A stretch of 64,000 bases of DNA from Rhizobium sp. (GCA_002796995.1 PEKW01000005.1:512892-576891); one strand, 5' to 3'. Shown: positions 1 through 8,934, numbered from the stretch's first letter. Numbers and translations: made by a program. The notes: generated by a model not told the origin, from the sequence alone.

Positions 1-414
1 CGCCCCCGACAGCTCGGAAGGGGGAGCGCCGACGGCAAAAGCCAGGAGCGCTTCGTCGGACATATCCGTTTCCGTCCCGGCGGCCAGGTAGCCGCCGGCT
101 GCAAACAGGGCGACGACGACGGCCATGCTTGCCGCTGTCGCCGGGATCGGCCACGATCGAGCAACCATCGTCGGGCCAAAGGTTCGGCCCCTGGGCTTGG
201 CAAGTCTCGCCATCACCTGACGCGCAAGAGCCCGCTCGTCAGTCGGCATCCTTGCCGCCTCGAGTACGAGACGGTCGAGCCTTTCATCTTCGCCGAGGGC
301 GTCCTCTCCGTGCGCAGCAAGAAACTGCGACGCCTCCTGACGAAAGGGCGCCGGCCAGGACGCCACCTCGTCTCCAAATCTGATCTTCAGGTCCTCGAAT
401 TCGCCCCTGTTCAT
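1..414 (-). CDS. Putative membrane-anchored anti-sigma factor (partial, runs off the window start); not in the ORF track
   Basis: ATG at 414 overlaps the sigma stop (ATGA). Manual translation MNRGEFEDLKIRFGDEVASWPAP...SWPIPATAASMAVVVALFAAGGYLA is open to position 1, with a short N-terminal domain then a hydrophobic segment. Confidence 0.7.
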   Translation of the reverse strand, partial: MNRGEFEDLKIRFGDEVASWPAPFRQEASQFLAAHGEDALGEDERLDRLVLEAARMPTDERALARQVMARLAKPRGRTFGPTMVARSWPIPATAASMAVVVALFAAGGYLAAGTETDMSDEALLAFAVGAPPSELSGA

Positions 415-1028
415 CTCGATACCCCTTCTTCTTGTGATTCATTGTCAGCCGTCGCCAGCCGGGCACGCAGCGTCCGCCTCGCCCGCACAAGCAACTGCTC
501 CACCGACCCGGCGCTGGTTCCCATGACCTCGGCGATCGCCGGCACGTCGAGGTCTGCGACCGCCCGCAGGAGGAGCGCCATGCGCTGCCGTTCCGGCAAT
601 TTGTCGAGACCGGTCCGCACGATGGCCAGTTCCTGGCGTGCGCCGACCAAAATATCCGCCTGGGGATCTTCCGAGGCAAAGACATCGTCCGTGTCTTCGA
701 AGCCCAGGAACATCCGAAATCGCCGCCAGCGCCGGACGTCGATGCATCGATTGGCGGCGATCCGGTAGATCCAGGTGGTCGCGCGTCCTTTCGCGCGATC
801 GAAACGCTTGGCGTTGTTCCAGATGGAGAAGAAGACATCCTGAACGACATCTTCCGCATCGTGGGTACCGCCGAGAAAGCGCGCGGCGAAGAGTTGCAGG
901 CCGCGTCCATGCCGGTCTATCAGCTGCCGGAGCGCAGGCTGCTCGCCCGCGGCGACACGGGCGAGAAGCTCCTCGTCATCGAGGCGCTCCGGCAGTCTTG
1001 CTGCTTCCGGGACACGCGCTGGGTTCAC
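411..1028 (-). CDS. ECF (sigma-70 group 4) RNA polymerase sigma factor
   Basis: Region 2 (DAEDVVQDVFFSIW...TTWIYRIAANRCID) and region 4 (LDKLPERQRMALLL...IAEVMGTSAGSVEQLLVRARRTL); GTG start with GGAG RBS. Confidence 0.95.
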   Translation of the reverse strand: MNPARVPEAARLPERLDDEELLARVAAGEQPALRQLIDRHGRGLQLFAARFLGGTHDAEDVVQDVFFSIWNNAKRFDRAKGRATTWIYRIAANRCIDVRRWRRFRMFLGFEDTDDVFASEDPQADILVGARQELAIVRTGLDKLPERQRMALLLRAVADLDVPAIAEVMGTSAGSVEQLLVRARRTLRARLATADNESQEEGVSR

Positions 1029-1034
1029 GCGGAC

Positions 1035-1412
1035 TTATCTCCAGTGGCGGCGAATGATGCCGACCGTCCCGCCTGGGCCGTTGTGGACGCCGACGGATCG
1101 CACGCGATAGGGACCTCGCGCCGTCGCGGTGTTGCCCGAATAAGTCCGGCCATCCGGACCGGTGGCCGTGTAACTGCGCCGGCAGCGGTCGACAATACCG
1201 TCACGGCAGGTCGAATTCGAGGTGTAGGTGCCACCATTCGGTCCGACGCGCGTCGTCTGTCCCGAATAGATATTGCCGTCCCTCGTCACGTTACGGGTGA
1301 TCTCACCGCCGCCCGGCGTATTCCGCGTCCATTCGGCCGACAGGGCCTGGACCGGAACGAGCATTGCGACAAGCCCGAGCGTTGCAAACGTTGTCTTCCA
1401 GCCATCAATCAT
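1035..1412 (-). CDS. Secreted Gly/Thr/Arg-rich hypothetical protein with short beta-hairpin-like repeats
   Basis: 3' half of ORF 1035..1652; GAGGAG RBS; signal-peptide-like N-terminus; repeats GPNGGTYT / GPDGRTYS / GPGGTV. Confidence 0.7.
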   Translation of the reverse strand: MIDGWKTTFATLGLVAMLVPVQALSAEWTRNTPGGGEITRNVTRDGNIYSGQTTRVGPNGGTYTSNSTCRDGIVDRCRRSYTATGPDGRTYSGNTATARGPYRVRSVGVHNGPGGTVGIIRRHWR

Positions 1413-1464
1413 CGTCATCTCCTCGTTGCTCTTCAATTTTCTTGGGTTGCCGCCGCGGCCAGCC

Positions 1465-1872
1465 TCAACGGTTGAACAGAATGCCGCGGATGACGAGAAA
1501 CTCGGCGTCCGACAGCTTGCCGTCCCCGTCCCGGTCGGCGAGATCGAAAAGCGGCGTGCGGGCTTGAAACTCGGCTGCCGACACATTGCCGTCGCCACTG
1601 GTGTCGAACCGTCGCATCTGAACGCCGAGGAACGCCTGCATCGCGATGGCATGATCCATGATCGCGTCCCGGAAGCGTTCCGTTTCGTCTTCGTCGATGG
1701 CGCCGTCTCCGTTGCTGTCGAGCCGGGCGAACAATTGCGCTCGGGCCGCGCGCACCTCGTCGCGCGAAAGGGCGCTGTCCTTGTTCTGATCGAGCCGCTG
1801 CAGGACAGGCAAACTCGTTTCAGCCTCTGCCGAGAACGCCGGCATCGAAAGCGGCACGATGAGCGCCGCCAT
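1465..1872 (-). CDS. Secreted EF-hand calcium-binding protein (start approximate)
   Basis: Four EF-hand-like loops (DQNKDSALSRDE, DSNGDGAIDEDE, DTSGDGNVSAAE, DRDGDGKLSDAE) after a signal-peptide-like segment. Confidence 0.85.
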   Translation of the reverse strand: MAALIVPLSMPAFSAEAETSLPVLQRLDQNKDSALSRDEVRAARAQLFARLDSNGDGAIDEDETERFRDAIMDHAIAMQAFLGVQMRRFDTSGDGNVSAAEFQARTPLFDLADRDGDGKLSDAEFLVIRGILFNR

Positions 1873-1955
1873 CAGGGCGTATGGCTTCTGTCTGATTGAT
1901 CGTGGTCCTCTTGTTGCGTTGTTTCCGACTGCCGATCGGCAGCTACACCGACTGA

Positions 1956-1983
1956 TACGGCGCGCCGGCGAGCCTCCTACGCG
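1956..1983 (-). promoter_or_regulatory. Putative ECF promoter CGCGTAGGAG-N14-CGTA driving the leftward operon
   Basis: Same motif and spacing as at 2056..2083 on the opposite strand; CGTAGG-N16-CGTA fits ECF -35/-10 geometry. Confidence 0.65.
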
Positions 1984-2055
1984 GTCGTCGGTCGATTTTC
2001 GCAGGCCGTGTGTGCAGCGCTGATCGGAGGCCATCGGACAAAAAAGGAGAGACCA

Positions 2056-2083
2056 CGCGTAGGAGCCGCGGTTCGCGCGCGTA
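2056..2083 (+). promoter_or_regulatory. Putative ECF promoter CGCGTAGGAG-N14-CGTA driving the rightward EF-hand/BA14K genes
   Basis: cgcgtaggag ccgcggttcgcgcg cgta, ending 46 nt before the ATG at 2130. Confidence 0.65.
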
Positions 2084-2129
2084 GAAGACGGCATTGACAC
2101 CAAACTCAGCCGTCGAAGGGGAGAAGAAA

Positions 2130-2555
2130 ATGAATGTGAAACTGCTTGCCGGCGTGATGCTTGTCGTGGCGACCGGAAGCGCCTGTGCGGCCGACGGACA
2201 GAAGGCCCGCAAGGCCTTTCGCCAGATGGATCTCAACGGCGACCGCGCGCTTCAGTTCACCGAGTTGCAGGCGGCGCGCGCCAACCTGTTCGATCGCCTG
2301 GACGCAAATCGCGATGGCGTACTCGACGAGGGTGAGGCGAAGGCCGCCCTGCAGCGCGTGAGAGAAGGCGGCAGGCTCCAGATGGCGACGGCGGAAGGCC
2401 TGGATACGCAGGCCCGGCGCATGGACGCCAACGGCGACGGCCGGGTTGCACGGGCCGAGTTCGCCCAGTTCATTCCCGATCGCCTTCTGCGCGCCGACAC
2501 GAATGGCGACCGCACTCTCTCCCTCCCGGAGCTCAAGGCTTTGCGTCAGCGCTAG
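2130..2555 (+). CDS. Secreted EF-hand calcium-binding protein
   Basis: Signal peptide MNVKLLAGVMLVVATGSACA; loops DLNGDRALQFTE, DANRDGVLDEGE, DANGDGRVARAE, DTNGDRTLSLPE. Confidence 0.88.
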   Translation: MNVKLLAGVMLVVATGSACAADGQKARKAFRQMDLNGDRALQFTELQAARANLFDRLDANRDGVLDEGEAKAALQRVREGGRLQMATAEGLDTQARRMDANGDGRVARAEFAQFIPDRLLRADTNGDRTLSLPELKALRQR

Positions 2556-2593
2556 GCACCGTCTCCACTCTCAACCATAGGACACCAGATCCC

Positions 2594-3013
2594 ATGAAGA
2601 AGATTGCATCCTTCTGCGCCGCAGCCATCCTGCTTGTGGCCGCTTCCGTCCCTGCTTCCGCCACTTCGGTTCGACGGCCGCCGGTGAGCGTGAACACGGA
2701 CATCGTCCAGGAAGTCAGCCACCGCCACGGCGTGGTCGTCGTTCGCGGCGTCCACTATTACAACGGCTTCCGCGGCGTCGTCGTGGCGCGGCCAGGCTAC
2801 CGCTATTACCGCGGTTTCTGGTTTCCCCCCGCAGCCTTTGCCGCCGGCGTGATCGTCGACAGGACCCTGGCCCATCCGGTACCGGCCGCCAGGCGGCTAA
2901 CGGCCGCGCATATCGATTGGTGCTATGCCCATTATCGGTCCTACCGCGCCTACGACAACAGTTTCCAACCCTATGCGGGCCCGCGCGAACAGTGCTGGTC
3001 GCCCTACAACTGA
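2594..3013 (+). CDS. BA14K family secreted protein
   Basis: C-terminal HIDWCYAHYRSYRAYDNSFQPYAGPREQC matches the BA14K motif; signal peptide present. Confidence 0.92.
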   Translation: MKKIASFCAAAILLVAASVPASATSVRRPPVSVNTDIVQEVSHRHGVVVVRGVHYYNGFRGVVVARPGYRYYRGFWFPPAAFAAGVIVDRTLAHPVPAARRLTAAHIDWCYAHYRSYRAYDNSFQPYAGPREQCWSPYN

Positions 3014-3216
3014 ACGCCGCTGTCCGGTCCTAGAGGTGCGCACCCAGACATGTGAACGGCGCGACGGCAAGTGAGCCGTCGCTCCGACAATCGGTGTCGA
3101 ATGGCCTGCCCGGAAGCCGAAATCATGCCCCTGCGTGAGCAGAACTCCTGCTCATCTCCAGGCATCCATCATGTGGCGACGGCCAAGTCTCATCGAACGC
3201 CCCAAGGGCCTTCGCG

Positions 3217-4686
3217 CTACTTGCCTGTCACCACCGCCTCGGCCTCGATCTCGACTTCGTAGTCGCCGATCAGGGCGCCGGCTTGGATCAGGGTGTTGGC
3301 CGGCAGGATCTCGGAGAAGAAGCGGCCGTGAGCGCGGGACACGGGTTCCCATTGCGCGGCATCCTTGAGGTAGATGCGGGTGCGCACCACGTCCTCCATG
3401 CTCCCGCCGAGCGCCGCGATCGAGGCGGCGATCTTGTCGAGGATATAGGTGGTCTGTGCCCCTGGATCGCCGGGCGCGACGCAGCGGTCGCTGCCATGGG
3501 TCGCCGTGGTCCCCGAGACGAGGATTCGCTCGCCCACCCGCACCGCCCGGCTGTAACCCGCCAGCGGCTCCCAGATGCTGCCGGACGAGACCCGCATGCG
3601 GTCTTCCCTGCCCGGCACGGCCGCGGCCGTATAGACGGACGGGATCGCCGTCAGGTGATGGCTGAGATCGCCGGAGGCGGTGAGGAAGGGCGGCTTGCGG
3701 TACTCGTCGCCGCAATCGCCGGGAATGGGGCTTGAGGCGGCAAAGGCATTGCCGAGCAGCGTCTTGTCCTCCTCGTCCAACCGGAAGGTGAAGACCTTCA
3801 GGTTGTCGTCCCGATGCTCGTTTTCACCCAGCCGCGCGCCGATGATCGTAGCGGCGACGGCCTGATGTTCGAGGACCCAGCGGCTGGCGACATTGGAGAC
3901 CGAGACGCCGTGCTTACGGGCGATTTCGGCAGCGGCCGCGAGGATGCCCTGATAGACGGCCCAGCCGCCGGCCGCGTCGATGAAGCGCTTGTACTTGGAC
4001 CGGCTCCAGTCCGGGATCGTTTCCGGCTCCGCCTTGCCGAGCCATTTTTCCGAAAGAAAGCCGCCGCACAGCGTACCGTAGGCGAGAAGCTTTACGCCCT
4101 TGTTCTGGCAAAGGGCGGAGAGATCGCCCGCCGCGCGCCGGTCGATCAGGGAGAAAGACACCTGGTTGCTGGCGATCTCGATGCCGTCGGCAAGCGCCAG
4201 ACCCAGATGGGCAGCGTCGAAATTGGTGAGGCCGAGCGCGCCGATCAGACCCTCCTCCTTCATCGCCTGCATCTCGTGCAGGGCGTCCAGCCAGGCCGGG
4301 TGCTCGAAGGTCCACCAGTGGAACTGCAACAGATCGACCTTTTCGACGCCGAGCCGGACCAGCCGCTCCTCGACGCCACGCCGCACCACATCGCGGGTCA
4401 TCGGACCGGGCTCGGGGCACCATTTGGTGAAGGCGACGGGCCGTTCGGATCCGGCGGAGTAGCGCCTTAGCAGGTGGCCGGTGATGATCTCCGCAGAGCC
4501 ATAGTGGTCGGCCATGTCGAACGTATCGAAACCGGCCTTGGCATAAGCCTGCAGCGCGTCGGCCCCCTGCTCCGGATCGATCGTGCGGCCGTCCTTCTCG
4601 ATGTCGGCGACCTGCCACAGGCCGCAGACGAGCCGGCTGATCGACAGGCCCGGTGCAAGGGCGATGCGTTCGGGAAACTGGGGCAT
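3217..4686 (-). CDS. Aldo/keto reductase fused to a C-terminal Rid (YjgF/YER057c/UK114) domain
   Basis: AKR motifs GLWQ, FDMADHYG, TKW, DLLQFHWW, NQVSFSLIDRR; C-terminal SSGSIWEPLAGYSRAVRVG...PANT...VEIEAEA Rid domain. Confidence 0.9.
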   Translation of the reverse strand: MPQFPERIALAPGLSISRLVCGLWQVADIEKDGRTIDPEQGADALQAYAKAGFDTFDMADHYGSAEIITGHLLRRYSAGSERPVAFTKWCPEPGPMTRDVVRRGVEERLVRLGVEKVDLLQFHWWTFEHPAWLDALHEMQAMKEEGLIGALGLTNFDAAHLGLALADGIEIASNQVSFSLIDRRAAGDLSALCQNKGVKLLAYGTLCGGFLSEKWLGKAEPETIPDWSRSKYKRFIDAAGGWAVYQGILAAAAEIARKHGVSVSNVASRWVLEHQAVAATIIGARLGENEHRDDNLKVFTFRLDEEDKTLLGNAFAASSPIPGDCGDEYRKPPFLTASGDLSHHLTAIPSVYTAAAVPGREDRMRVSSGSIWEPLAGYSRAVRVGERILVSGTTATHGSDRCVAPGDPGAQTTYILDKIAASIAALGGSMEDVVRTRIYLKDAAQWEPVSRAHGRFFSEILPANTLIQAGALIGDYEVEIEAEAVVTGK

Positions 4687-4691
4687 GGAGA

Positions 4692-5660
4692 TCACTCCTT
4701 GGGTCGTTGTTGTGCGTCGAGCCGGCGCGAAAGCGGGCTCTTCTCGCCGAACAGGCCGCGAGGACGCAGCAGAAGCATGAGGCAGAGACCGACGCCGATG
4801 GCGACGATCTGCAAGGCGGCGGCGCGGGCCTGTTCTTCCGGCGGTACGGAGGCCGAGACGGCGGCGCCCGTCAGCGCCCAGAGCCCCCACACGAGAATGG
4901 CACCGGCAATGGCGCCGCGGTTGTTGCCTGAGCCGCCGACGATCAGCATGGCCCAGACCTGAAAGGTCAGGATCGGCATGTAGTTGTCCGGCGCGATGAA
5001 GCCGATGAAATGCGCCTGGGCGGCACCGGCAAGCCCCATGACGGCGCCGCCGACGGTGAACGCCTGCAGGCGAAAGCGGATGGGCCGCTTGCCGAGCGCC
5101 TGAGCCGCCGCCTCATCCTCGCGGATCGCCCGCAAGACGCGGCCCCACGGGCTTCGCGACAGATGCTGCAGACCGAGATAGAGCACAAGGACGATCACGG
5201 CCATGAGTCCGCAATTGGCGAGGCTGAACAGCAGCGCATCCCCCTGCAGTCCGGCGAAGGGCCGCGGGATGAAGCCGATGCCGAAGGCGCCGCCGGTCAG
5301 CGGCTGCAGGTTGAGCATGCAGAGCTGGACGGTGACCGCGACCCCGAAGGTGGCGATGGCAAGATAGTCGGCCCTGAGGCGGATGGTGAGCGCCCCCACG
5401 CCCCACGAGAGCGCGCCCGAGACGATGGCGGCGCCCAGCCAGCCGACGGCGATCGGCATGTCGAAACCGCCGAAACGGTCGGCGGTATCCGGCGTGGTGA
5501 GAATGGCCGAGGTGTAGGCGCCCACGGCGACAAAGGCCGCGATACCGACATTGAACAGCCCCGTCATGCCCCATTGCACGTTCAGTCCCAGGCTGATGAT
5601 CGCATAGGTCAGCGCCATGGAGAGGAAAAAGGCGCCGTAGGCAACGAGATCGAGGGTCAT
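4692..5660 (-). CDS. HAAT (LivM-like) ABC transporter permease
   Basis: GLNVQWGMTGLFNVGIAAF; SPWGRVLRAIREDEAAAQALG; multiple TM segments. Confidence 0.92.
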   Translation of the reverse strand: MTLDLVAYGAFFLSMALTYAIISLGLNVQWGMTGLFNVGIAAFVAVGAYTSAILTTPDTADRFGGFDMPIAVGWLGAAIVSGALSWGVGALTIRLRADYLAIATFGVAVTVQLCMLNLQPLTGGAFGIGFIPRPFAGLQGDALLFSLANCGLMAVIVLVLYLGLQHLSRSPWGRVLRAIREDEAAAQALGKRPIRFRLQAFTVGGAVMGLAGAAQAHFIGFIAPDNYMPILTFQVWAMLIVGGSGNNRGAIAGAILVWGLWALTGAAVSASVPPEEQARAAALQIVAIGVGLCLMLLLRPRGLFGEKSPLSRRLDAQQRPKE

Positions 5661-6568
5661 TGCGCTTTTCCAAACAGGCCGCGGGGGCGAACGAGAAGGA
5701 CGGCGATCAGAATGGCGAAGGACACCGCCGCCCGCCATTCCGCCCCGACGATCTGTACCGCGAGGGCTTCGCAAAGCCCGATGATGAGTCCGGCGATCAT
5801 GGCGCCCGGAACCGAACCGATGCCGCCGAGGATGGCGGCGGCAAAGAGGGGCAACAGAAGGTCGTGGCCGAGATAGGGACGGATCTGGATGATGAGGCCG
5901 CTCATGATCCCAGCCACGCAGGCGAGCGCCGCCCCCAGGAACCAGACGGTGCGGATGACGCGGCGCACGTCGATGCCGGCAATGCCGGCTAGAGCGGGAT
6001 TTTCGCTGACGGCGCGCATGGCCCGGCCGATATCGGTCCGGGTCATCACGAGATGCACGGCGATGACAGAGACCAGCGCCACGGCCAGCATGGCCAACTG
6101 GTCCGGCGTGGCGCGCAGGCCGCCGCCGAGCTTCATGGCGATCTGCAGCGCCTGAGTGAAATAGGCAGGCTTCGAGGTGAACAGGAACTCCAGCAGGCTA
6201 CGCAGCGCGAGCGAAGCGCCGAAGCTCGCCATGACCATGATGATGATGGCGCTGCCGCGTCTCCGGAAGCTGGAAAACAGCACCGCATCGACGGCAAGCG
6301 CCAGAAGTCCCGTCATTATGATAGCCAGCACGGCGGCGATGGGCAGAGACCAGCCGAAGGAGAACGGACCGAGCGGCGTGGTGAAGCCCGCGCCCAGCAC
6401 GCCGAGCGCACTGCTGATGCCGAGCGCCAGATAGGCGCCCCAGGACAGAAACTCGCCATGGGCGAAATTGGAGAAGCGCAGGATCGAATAGGTCAGCGTG
6501 ACGCCGATGGCGCCAAGTCCGATGATCGCTCCGGCGATCAGCCCGTCCATCAGGAATTGCGGATTCAT
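5657..6568 (-). CDS. HAAT (LivH-like) ABC transporter permease
   Basis: GVTLTYSILRFSNFAHGE; RTDIGRAMRAVSENPALA; AAILGGIGS. Confidence 0.92.
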   Translation of the reverse strand: MNPQFLMDGLIAGAIIGLGAIGVTLTYSILRFSNFAHGEFLSWGAYLALGISSALGVLGAGFTTPLGPFSFGWSLPIAAVLAIIMTGLLALAVDAVLFSSFRRRGSAIIIMVMASFGASLALRSLLEFLFTSKPAYFTQALQIAMKLGGGLRATPDQLAMLAVALVSVIAVHLVMTRTDIGRAMRAVSENPALAGIAGIDVRRVIRTVWFLGAALACVAGIMSGLIIQIRPYLGHDLLLPLFAAAILGGIGSVPGAMIAGLIIGLCEALAVQIVGAEWRAAVSFAILIAVLLVRPRGLFGKAQ

Positions 6569-7311
6569 TGGGCCAACTCGCCGGATGTATGCCGGGCCGA
6601 ACCGAGATAGATCTTGCCGATCAGCGGATCGTCGGCGAGATCGGCGGGCCTGCCCTCGTGGCGGATCTTTCCCTCCGCCAGGATGACGGCCCGATCGGCG
6701 ATCGCCATCGCCGCCTTCACATTCTGTTCGACCAGGACGATGGTCACGCCATCGCCGTTGATCCGCTTCAGCATGGCAAACACCTCTCCGACGATCTTCG
6801 GAGAAAGCCCGGCGGAGGGTTCGTCGAGGATCAGCACAGGCGGATCGAGCGCCAGCGCCCGCGCGACGGCCAGCATCTGCCGCTGCCCTCCCGAAAGGGA
6901 GCCGGCCGATCGCGTCGGCTTCACGGCAAGATCCGGAAAGCGCTGGAACAGCGCCGCGATCTTGGCGGCGCGCTCGGCCTTGGGCAGAAGCGCGACGGCG
7001 ATCTGCAGGTTCTCCAGAATGCTCATGCTGGCGAAGACGTTTTCGGTCTGCGGCACGAAGGCCAGACCTTCCGCCAGCTTGCGGTGCGGCGCGACCCTGG
7101 TGATGTCGCGCCCGTCGAGATGGATCGTGCCGGAATGGACCGGCACCATGCCGGCAATCGCCTTGACGAAGGTGGACTTGCCGGCGCCGTTCGGCCCGAG
7201 GAGAATGACCAGCTCCCCCTTGCCCACGGAGAAATCCACGCCGCGAACGATCGGCAGGTCGGGCTCGTAGCCGGCCACCAGCGATGTCGTCGAAAGCACG
7301 GGACCGGTCAC
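6565..7311 (-). CDS. ABC ATP-binding protein (LivF-like)
   Basis: Walker A GPNGAGKS, signature LSGGQ, Walker B LILDEP. Confidence 0.93.
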   Translation of the reverse strand: MTGPVLSTTSLVAGYEPDLPIVRGVDFSVGKGELVILLGPNGAGKSTFVKAIAGMVPVHSGTIHLDGRDITRVAPHRKLAEGLAFVPQTENVFASMSILENLQIAVALLPKAERAAKIAALFQRFPDLAVKPTRSAGSLSGGQRQMLAVARALALDPPVLILDEPSAGLSPKIVGEVFAMLKRINGDGVTIVLVEQNVKAAMAIADRAVILAEGKIRHEGRPADLADDPLIGKIYLGSARHTSGELAQ

Positions 7312-8120
7312 ACGCCGCCTCCCAGATAGGCTTCTATCACCGCGGGATTGGAAGCGACCTCCGCAGGCGTGCCCTGCGCCAGCGGCCTGCCGAGCGCCAT
7401 GGCGACGACGCGCGAGCAGAGCCGCGAGACCATGTCCATGTTGTGCTCGATCAGCAGGATGGACTTTCCCTGCGCATTGAGTGCCACGACCCGTTCGATG
7501 ATCACCTCAAGCAGAGCCGGGTTCACGCCGGCTGCCGGTTCATCGAGCAGGATCACCTGCGGATCGGCCATCAGCACGCGCGCCAGTTCCAGAAGCTTGC
7601 GCTGGCCGCCCGAAAGCACGCGCGCCGGCTTGTGGGCAAGCCGCGACAGCGTGACGAACTCCAGAAGGCCAAGCGCCTTTTCCAGCGCCGCCTTCTCTTC
7701 GCGGCGTACGATGCCTGGCATAAGGAAATTGGCAAACAGCCGCTCGCCATGCTGTTTCTGGGCGCCGACCAGCAGGTTCTCGAGCACGCTCATCTCGGAA
7801 AACGGTCGCGGGATCTGGAAGGTACGGGCCACGCCGTGGGCAATGCGCCGTTCGGGCGGCTCGCCGGACACTTCGCGGCCGCCGATCCATATCTCGCCCG
7901 AACTGGGCCTGAGGCTGCCGGCCAGCAGATTGAACATGGTGGTCTTGCCGGCACCGTTCGGGCCGATCAGTCCCACCATTTCGCCTTGGGCCACTGCCAG
8001 CGACATGTCGGAGACGACCGTCAGGCCATCGAACCGCTTCGTCAGGTGCCGTGCCTCGATGGCAGCCGGCGCTGCGGTCCTCATGACCGGCGCGGGCGGA
8101 TGGAGGGTTTCGGCATGCAT
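7308..8120 (-). CDS. ABC ATP-binding protein (LivG-like; start approximate)
   Basis: GPNGAGKT, LSGGQRK, ILLDEPAAGVNP, VIEAYLG. Confidence 0.93.
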   Translation of the reverse strand: MHAETLHPPAPVMRTAAPAAIEARHLTKRFDGLTVVSDMSLAVAQGEMVGLIGPNGAGKTTMFNLLAGSLRPSSGEIWIGGREVSGEPPERRIAHGVARTFQIPRPFSEMSVLENLLVGAQKQHGERLFANFLMPGIVRREEKAALEKALGLLEFVTLSRLAHKPARVLSGGQRKLLELARVLMADPQVILLDEPAAGVNPALLEVIIERVVALNAQGKSILLIEHNMDMVSRLCSRVVAMALGRPLAQGTPAEVASNPAVIEAYLGGGV

Positions 8121-8152
8121 CGTCAAAAAGGGGCCTTGATCTGATCGGTGAT

Positions 8153-8164
8153 GTTTGATCAAAC
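8153..8164. promoter_or_regulatory. Palindrome GTTTGATCAAAC, candidate GntR operator
   Basis: Perfect 12-bp palindrome in the divergent spacer between the LivG-like gene and gntR. Confidence 0.5.
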
Positions 8165-8220
8165 TTTACCGCAGAACCAAAATCAACCGATATTTGCTCA
8201 AAGGCGCACCAGTGGCAGGA

Positions 8221-8934
8221 ATGACGGAACCAGTCGGTCCGACGGATGACCTCCTCACCCCCGTCGGGCGCGAGACATTGCAGGACCGTGTCTACGACCA
8301 GCTGCGCCGGACATTGATCAATGGCGGCTTTGCCGCGGGCGACATGCTGCGCATCGTCGATCTGGCGGACCGGCTGAAGACCAGCACCATGCCGGTGCGC
8401 GAGGCGCTGGGCCGGCTCGTCTCCGAACAGGCGCTTGAGGCCCTCCCCAACCGCACCGTTCGGGTGCCCCTGATCACGCGGGAACGGCTCGACGATCTGG
8501 AGCGCGCCCGTATCCTGATCGAAGGCCGCCTGGTGGCGCTGGCCTGCAAGCGGCTGACGGCCGACGATCTGGAAGGTCTGAAACAGCTCAACCGCGACTG
8601 CGAGGCCGCCTTTGCAAGGCACGGCCAGGACATCGGCCCGGTGACCTCGGAAATCAACCAGCGCTTCCATTTCCAGATCTACCGGGCCGCGGGCTCCCAG
8701 GTGCTGATCCCCATGGTGGAAAGCCTGTGGCTGCAGTCCGGTCCGGTGGTGCGCCAGGCCGCCCATATTCACGACGAACAGGGTGGACTTGCCGCAACCA
8801 ACCACCACTGGACGATGGTGGCAGCGCTCGAGGCCGGAGACGAGCCGGCCGCCGTCCAGGCGCTCGCCAACGACATCGGCCGGTCCTTCGACCTGGTGCG
8901 CGGCCGTCTCGACGCCGGCGAAGAGGCGGCATGA
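8221..8934 (+). CDS. GntR family (FCD domain) transcriptional regulator
   Basis: ETLQDRVYDQLR...STMPVREALGRL HTH; C-terminal NQRFHFQIY...H FCD motif. Confidence 0.92.
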   Translation: MTEPVGPTDDLLTPVGRETLQDRVYDQLRRTLINGGFAAGDMLRIVDLADRLKTSTMPVREALGRLVSEQALEALPNRTVRVPLITRERLDDLERARILIEGRLVALACKRLTADDLEGLKQLNRDCEAAFARHGQDIGPVTSEINQRFHFQIYRAAGSQVLIPMVESLWLQSGPVVRQAAHIHDEQGGLAATNHHWTMVAALEAGDEPAAVQALANDIGRSFDLVRGRLDAGEEAA

